Origin: Oceanococcus sp.
Lineage (GTDB): Bacteria > Pseudomonadota > Gammaproteobacteria > Nevskiales > Oceanococcaceae
DNA length: 24,000 nucleotides
Direction of reading: 5' to 3'
Assembly: GCA_030147945.1 (NCBI GenBank)
Contig: JASBUL010000098.1
Span: 632 to 24,631 of the forward strand
Of this stretch, positions 20,147-24,000 are shown piece by piece (the first letter of the stretch is position 1; every line of letters begins with the position of its first letter). The notes under the pieces were generated by a model. It had not been told where the DNA came from. It made no database searches and worked only from the letters and a program-made list of their open reading frames with translations. Both the position numbers and the translations under genes were made by a program.

Positions 20147-21270
20147 GCGCGGGTGTCGTCGGACTCAGGCGCCGCATCATCGTGCAGGGAAAAATCAGGC
20201 AGCTCGGCATGTGCGTACCAGTCGCTCTGAAGCCAGTGCGCCCGCAGATGACGCACCAGCACGGCCAGTGACGCGGCCACCGGCAACGCCAGCATGACTC
20301 CGACAAAACCGAACAGCTGGCCACCGGCCATCACTGCGAAAATCACCGTCACCGGGTGCAGGCCGACCTTGTCGCCCACCAGCCAGGGCGTCAGCCACAC
20401 GCTTTCCAGGAACTGTCCCAGACCGAACACCACGGCAACGCCAACCAGCGGCAACAATTCTTGCGTCTGGATGAGCATGGCCACGCCGGCACTGACGATC
20501 CCGACAATAGGCCCCAGATAAGGGATGAAGCTGACAACCCCCGCGCCAAACCCGATCAGCAACGCCAGATCAAGGCCGATCAGCCACAGCCCCAGGGCAT
20601 ACAAGCTACCCAGCGAAATCATCACCATCAGCTGACCGGTGATGAAGGCACCGAGAACGTCGTCAACTTCGCGCGCCAGCTCGCTGATCTTGGGCTCCGC
20701 CCGGCGCGGCAACAGATTGCGAATTTCATCGACCAACAGATCCCAGTCGCGCAGCAGGTAGAAGGTCACCACCGGCACCATGAACAGATTGATCGCCAGG
20801 CCCAGCATGGCGCCGCCCGAGCGGGTCAGCGGCCCGACCCACTGCGACAGCAGATCGCCGGCCTTGGACCAATGCTCGGTGATCATCTTCTTGATCGATT
20901 CGACATCCAGATGCGCCCCTTCGGGCAGCACGATGCCGACACGCGGCGCCGCATCCTGCTGCAGCCACAGCATGAACTCGGGGATGCGCTGGACCATCTC
21001 GGCGACCTGCTCATAGAGCAAGGGCAGCAGAATCAGCACCAAGCCCAGACCAAGACCACCGAACAGGGCGAAGACCAGGCACACGCCTGCGGTGCGCGAC
21101 AGTTTCCAGGCTTCCAGACGATCGACGATGGGATCGCCGAGATAAGCCAGGGCAGCGCCGAGCACGAACGGCAGCAAAATCGGCGACAGCAGATGCAGCA
21201 TCCACAACAAGCCCAGCACGCCGCCGAGCAGCAATGCAGGTCTGGCCCATGGATGCGACAACATGCTCAT
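20143..21270 (-). CDS. AI-2E family transporter (PerM/YhhT, UPF0118) membrane protein
   Basis: About 375 aa and TM-rich throughout (LLLGGVLGLLWMLHLLSPILLPFVLGAALAYL, FIPYLGPIVG, GLHPVTVIFAVMAGGQLFGFVGVMLALP). The ORF-track start at 21273 is a GTG. ATG at 21270 shares 1 nt with the upstream stop. The stop overlaps the hda ATG (ATGA). Confidence 0.87.
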   Translation of the reverse strand: MSMLSHPWARPALLLGGVLGLLWMLHLLSPILLPFVLGAALAYLGDPIVDRLEAWKLSRTAGVCLVFALFGGLGLGLVLILLPLLYEQVAEMVQRIPEFMLWLQQDAAPRVGIVLPEGAHLDVESIKKMITEHWSKAGDLLSQWVGPLTRSGGAMLGLAINLFMVPVVTFYLLRDWDLLVDEIRNLLPRRAEPKISELAREVDDVLGAFITGQLMVMISLGSLYALGLWLIGLDLALLIGFGAGVVSFIPYLGPIVGIVSAGVAMLIQTQELLPLVGVAVVFGLGQFLESVWLTPWLVGDKVGLHPVTVIFAVMAGGQLFGFVGVMLALPVAASLAVLVRHLRAHWLQSDWYAHAELPDFSLHDDAAPESDDTRA

Positions 21271-22430
21271 CACTGCGCGTAGCGGTAGCGCAACTCGCGA
21301 CGCTGCGAGACGGCGTAGAAACTCAGCCCCGAGCCGCCGCTTGCAGGATCACCCGCTGCGGGTTGCGCATCCTGGCCGAGCAGGGTTCCGGCCGCCGCTG
21401 CGGCTTCCTCGCGCAGAAAGCCAGCCACCGCCAGACTGCGCTGCAGATCGCTGACCTCTCCTTCGAAATCGACCAGGAACACCACCTCGTCGCCCATCAG
21501 CTCACGCGGCTGCACGGTCTCGATCAGGCTGGTGGTCTCGAGCAAATTGAGGACCCGGGCATAGTCGGCCAGCGCATTCAGACCGACCACACGCAGGCGC
21601 GCACTCTGCACCCAACCTGCCGCAACCCGGGTGACGTAGCGACTGGCCAGCTCGTCGGCATACTCGTCAAAGCCCGAAGCCAGTGCCACGTTCGGCTCAT
21701 CGCCCACCGTGCGCCAGCGACGCGGCTCCTGGTCCGGCTGCAGGAACGACCACAAGGCGTACCACAGCCCATCGCGGCTCTCGATGCGCACCAGCAACAT
21801 GTGGCGGGTCTGGTAGCGCAACGCCGCTTGCGCGAGCCGCTCGTAATCCTCGCCGATGATGTCGAAACTGCTCACCGCCGCCTGGTCCTGTTCGTCCATC
21901 AGCGGATAGACCAGAGGCAGGCCGCGGCGCCGGGCCGCTTCAACCAGCCCCGGCAGACGTTCTTCGATGCGCTCGCGCCCGTAGACATGGCGCGGCCCCT
22001 GATCGGTCGGGCCGACCACCCAGGTCATGGTGGTGGGGCGCCGATCGTCCCACAACGGCAAGCCGGCCTGCTTGGCCGCCTGAACCAGCGCCGTGGGATC
22101 GAAATCCACGATCAGGCGCTGCCGGGTTTCGCGCTCGCCCGGGCGCAACTCGACATTGTCCTCGGCGTAACGATAGCTGCGCACGTAGCGCGGCGCGTTG
22201 CTCAGCAGAGCCTCGGAGGCGGCATTCAAGCTCACCGAGACATCGCCGGTCATGCGCGCCAGCACATCGCCCAGCGCCGCGCGGGTGGCCGCATCGCGGG
22301 CCTCGCTGCTGCGGCTGTCCACCGGCGAACTGCCCTGATAGAAACCGGCCGGGCGCGCCACACCCGCGGCGTGGGCCTGCGGCAGGAGCAGCAGCACAAG
22401 CAGAATCAGGCTGTGACGCAATAAAACCAT
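21270..22430 (-). CDS. Secreted conserved hypothetical protein (DUF2066-like; family name from memory, tentative)
   Basis: 386 aa with a cleavable signal peptide [23 protein letters not shown]. Its composition is protein-like compared with the Arg/Gln/His-rich mirror ORF on the plus strand. It holds the same position (divergent from purM, upstream of perM-hda) as the DUF2066 gene in Pseudomonas. Confidence 0.72.
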   Translation of the reverse strand: MVLLRHSLILLVLLLLPQAHAAGVARPAGFYQGSSPVDSRSSEARDAATRAALGDVLARMTGDVSVSLNAASEALLSNAPRYVRSYRYAEDNVELRPGERETRQRLIVDFDPTALVQAAKQAGLPLWDDRRPTTMTWVVGPTDQGPRHVYGRERIEERLPGLVEAARRRGLPLVYPLMDEQDQAAVSSFDIIGEDYERLAQAALRYQTRHMLLVRIESRDGLWYALWSFLQPDQEPRRWRTVGDEPNVALASGFDEYADELASRYVTRVAAGWVQSARLRVVGLNALADYARVLNLLETTSLIETVQPRELMGDEVVFLVDFEGEVSDLQRSLAVAGFLREEAAAAAGTLLGQDAQPAAGDPASGGSGLSFYAVSQRRELRYRYAQ

Positions 22431-22512
22431 AAGGCTTGTCGGTCAGATGAAAACGCCAAGTGTACCGGGGGAAGGTACAATGCGCGCTGTTTTACCGCCA
22501 CCAGGCTGCCTC

Positions 22513-23556
22513 ATGCCCTCGCCCTCAGACCAAGGACCTTTGAGCTACCGCGATGCGGGTGTCGACATCGACGCCGGCAACCAGCTCGTCGAAGACATCA
22601 AACCGTTGATCGCGCGCACCCAGCGCCCCGAAGTGCTCGGTGGCCTGGGCGGCTTCGGCGGTCTGTTCCAGGTTCCGCAGGGCTACCGCCAGCCGGTGCT
22701 GGTTTCGGGCACCGACGGCATCGGCACCAAGCTCAAGCTGGGTATCGACTCCGATCGCCTTGATGGCCTGGGCCGCGATCTGGTCGCCATGTGCGTCAAC
22801 GACGTGCTGGTGTGTGGCGCCGAACCGCTGTTCTTTCTTGATTACTTTGCCACCGGCAAACTCGAACGCGGTGTTGCCGCCCGCGTGATCGCCGGTATCG
22901 CGGCCGGCTGCGAGGATGCCGGCTGCGCCCTGATCGGTGGCGAAACCGCAGAAATGCCGGGGCTGTATAGCGCCGGAGATTTCGATGCCGCGGGCTTCAC
23001 CGTGGGCATCGTCGAGCGCGATGACATCCTCGACGGCAGCCAGGTTGGCGACGGCGATGTCATTCTTGGCCTGGCCTCCAGTGGCCCGCACTCCAATGGG
23101 TACTCGCTGATTCGCAAGGTACTGGAACGCAGCGGCGCTGAGCCGACCCAGGACTGCGGCGGTCAGCCCTTGATCGAAGCCCTGATGGCGCCGACCCGCA
23201 TCTACGTCAAAGCCCTGCTGCCGCTGATCGGCGACAAGCGCATCCACGCGCTGTGCCACATCACCGGCGGCGGTCTGACCGAAAACCTGCCGCGCGTGCT
23301 GCCGGATGCGCTGGCCGCACAGATCGACATGACGGCATGGCCGCGCCCGGCGGTGTTTCAGTGGCTGCAGCAGGCCGGCAACATCGCCGAAAGCGAAATG
23401 CGCCGTACCTTCAACTGCGGTATCGGCATGGTGCTGGTGGTCGCGCCGGAGCAGGTCGAGGCCTGTCGCAGCGCCCTCGAACACGCTGGCGAGACGGTCT
23501 TCGAGATCGGTCGCATGGTGCCGCGCAGCGGCGAAGCGGTGGTTTACGACGCGTGA
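22513..23556 (+). CDS. purM: Phosphoribosylformylglycinamidine cyclo-ligase (AIR synthetase)
   Basis: ORF 22447..23556. [30 protein letters not shown] matches the PurM N-terminus, and later blocks include GTDGIGTKL and [12 protein letters not shown] 22513 gives the homologue-like length. ATG 22480 has the better SD (GGGGGAAGG) and cannot be excluded. Confidence 0.93.
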   Translation: MPSPSDQGPLSYRDAGVDIDAGNQLVEDIKPLIARTQRPEVLGGLGGFGGLFQVPQGYRQPVLVSGTDGIGTKLKLGIDSDRLDGLGRDLVAMCVNDVLVCGAEPLFFLDYFATGKLERGVAARVIAGIAAGCEDAGCALIGGETAEMPGLYSAGDFDAAGFTVGIVERDDILDGSQVGDGDVILGLASSGPHSNGYSLIRKVLERSGAEPTQDCGGQPLIEALMAPTRIYVKALLPLIGDKRIHALCHITGGGLTENLPRVLPDALAAQIDMTAWPRPAVFQWLQQAGNIAESEMRRTFNCGIGMVLVVAPEQVEACRSALEHAGETVFEIGRMVPRSGEAVVYDA

Positions 23557-24000
23557 GCGCGCCTCGCCTGGCGGTGCTGATTTCAGGCACCGGTCGCAAC
23601 CTGCAGGCCATCCTGGAAGCCTGTGCCGATGGACGCATTCCTGCCACGCCCAGCCTGGTGCTGAGCAACCGCCCCGACGTCGCCGGTTTGCAGCGAGCGG
23701 CGGACTTCGGGGTGGCGCATGCCACGGTGGACCACCACGCCTATCCCGATCGCGAGCATTTTGATCAGGCGCTGGGCGATGCGCTGGAGGCGGCGCAGCC
23801 CGACATCATCGCGCTGGCCGGCTTCATGCGCATACTCACGCCGGGCTTCATCCGCCGTTTCAAAGGCCGGATGTTCAACATCCATCCATCCCTGCTGCCT
23901 CTGTATCGCGGTCTGCACACCCATCGCCAGGCCCTCGAAAACGGCGACACCTGGCACGGCGCCAGCATTCATTATGTGACCGAGGAGCTGGATGCCGGGG
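23553..24000 (+). CDS. purN: Phosphoribosylglycinamide formyltransferase, N-terminal part (runs off the window)
   Basis: Not in the ORF track because it has no stop in the window. GTG 23553 overlaps the purM stop (GTGA). The translation is [49 protein letters not shown]...[59 protein letters not shown]. It has the PurN signature NIHPSLLP and the catalytic His/Asp context. Confidence 0.93.
   Translation, partial: MSAPRLAVLISGTGRNLQAILEACADGRIPATPSLVLSNRPDVAGLQRAADFGVAHATVDHHAYPDREHFDQALGDALEAAQPDIIALAGFMRILTPGFIRRFKGRMFNIHPSLLPLYRGLHTHRQALENGDTWHGASIHYVTEELDAG

Noticed and set aside
21234-22424. A 396-aa plus-strand ORF almost exactly mirroring the DUF2066-like gene. Similar long antisense ORFs occur at 20356-21282, 13310-14425, 4246-5493, 2493-3602, 9192-9935, 11353-12051, 16692-17486, 17483-18151, 14670-15347, 15860-16531, 18703-19302 and 19636-20271.
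   Set aside because: - Their translations are dominated by Arg, Ala, Gln, His, Gly and Pro, with no recognisable motifs, signal peptides or TM patterns.
- The opposite strand encodes clearly recognisable proteins in each case (ABC motifs, TM helices, enzyme signatures).
- Long stop-free antisense frames are expected in GC-rich DNA.
- I cannot exclude expression without data, but nothing in the sequence supports them.
22462-22478. Inverted repeat GTACC-gggggaa-GGTAC in the purM/DUF2066 divergent region, covering the SD-like GGGGGAAGG of the alternative purM start at 22480. It could be an operator or an SD-sequestering hairpin.
   Set aside because: - It has only a 5-bp stem.
- It bears no resemblance to the PurR box (ACGCAAACGTTTGCGT type).
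- It is too weak to call without conservation data.

Overview
The window is GC-rich and very densely packed. It looks like core chromosome of a Gammaproteobacterium, with Pseudomonas-like gene order (taxonomy is inference from synteny and protein similarity judged by eye). I support 27 protein-coding genes, two of them cut by the window edges, plus one tRNA.

**Minus strand, 1-5841:** ychF (partial), pth, rplY, prs, tRNA-Gln(UUG), ispE, lolB, TPR lipoprotein.

**Plus strand, 6058-12057:** hemA, prfA, prmC, moeB, a small JAMM/MPN protein, proS. All junctions overlap or are 8 nt or less.

**12120-19486:** a LysM lipoprotein on the minus strand. It faces a five-gene Dpp/Opp-type peptide ABC importer on the plus strand (lipoprotein SBP, two permeases, two ATPases), which runs straight into wrbA and a small four-TM membrane protein.

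**19445-24000:** hda, an AI-2E/PerM-type transporter and a secreted DUF2066-like protein on the minus strand, facing purM and purN (partial) on the plus strand.

I see no CRISPR array, transposase, integrase, phage gene, toxin-antitoxin pair or recognisable defence system. The many long ORFs antisense to these genes look like GC-rich mirror-frame artefacts.

I do not find a convincing new multi-gene system. The best candidate is the translationally coupled MoeB (E1-like) and stand-alone JAMM pair:
- No ubiquitin-like or sulfur-carrier gene lies next to it.
- By eye alignment, the JAMM motif keeps its zinc ligands but has Arg where the catalytic Glu is expected.

Secondary oddities:
- The ispE stop codon lies inside the mature tRNA-Gln.
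- Only 32 bp separate the LysM lipoprotein gene from the ABC importer.
- wrbA is joined to the last ABC ATPase by an ATGA overlap.
- The DUF2066-like, PerM and hda genes overlap at each junction.

All family names come from my own reading of the translations. No database search was run.
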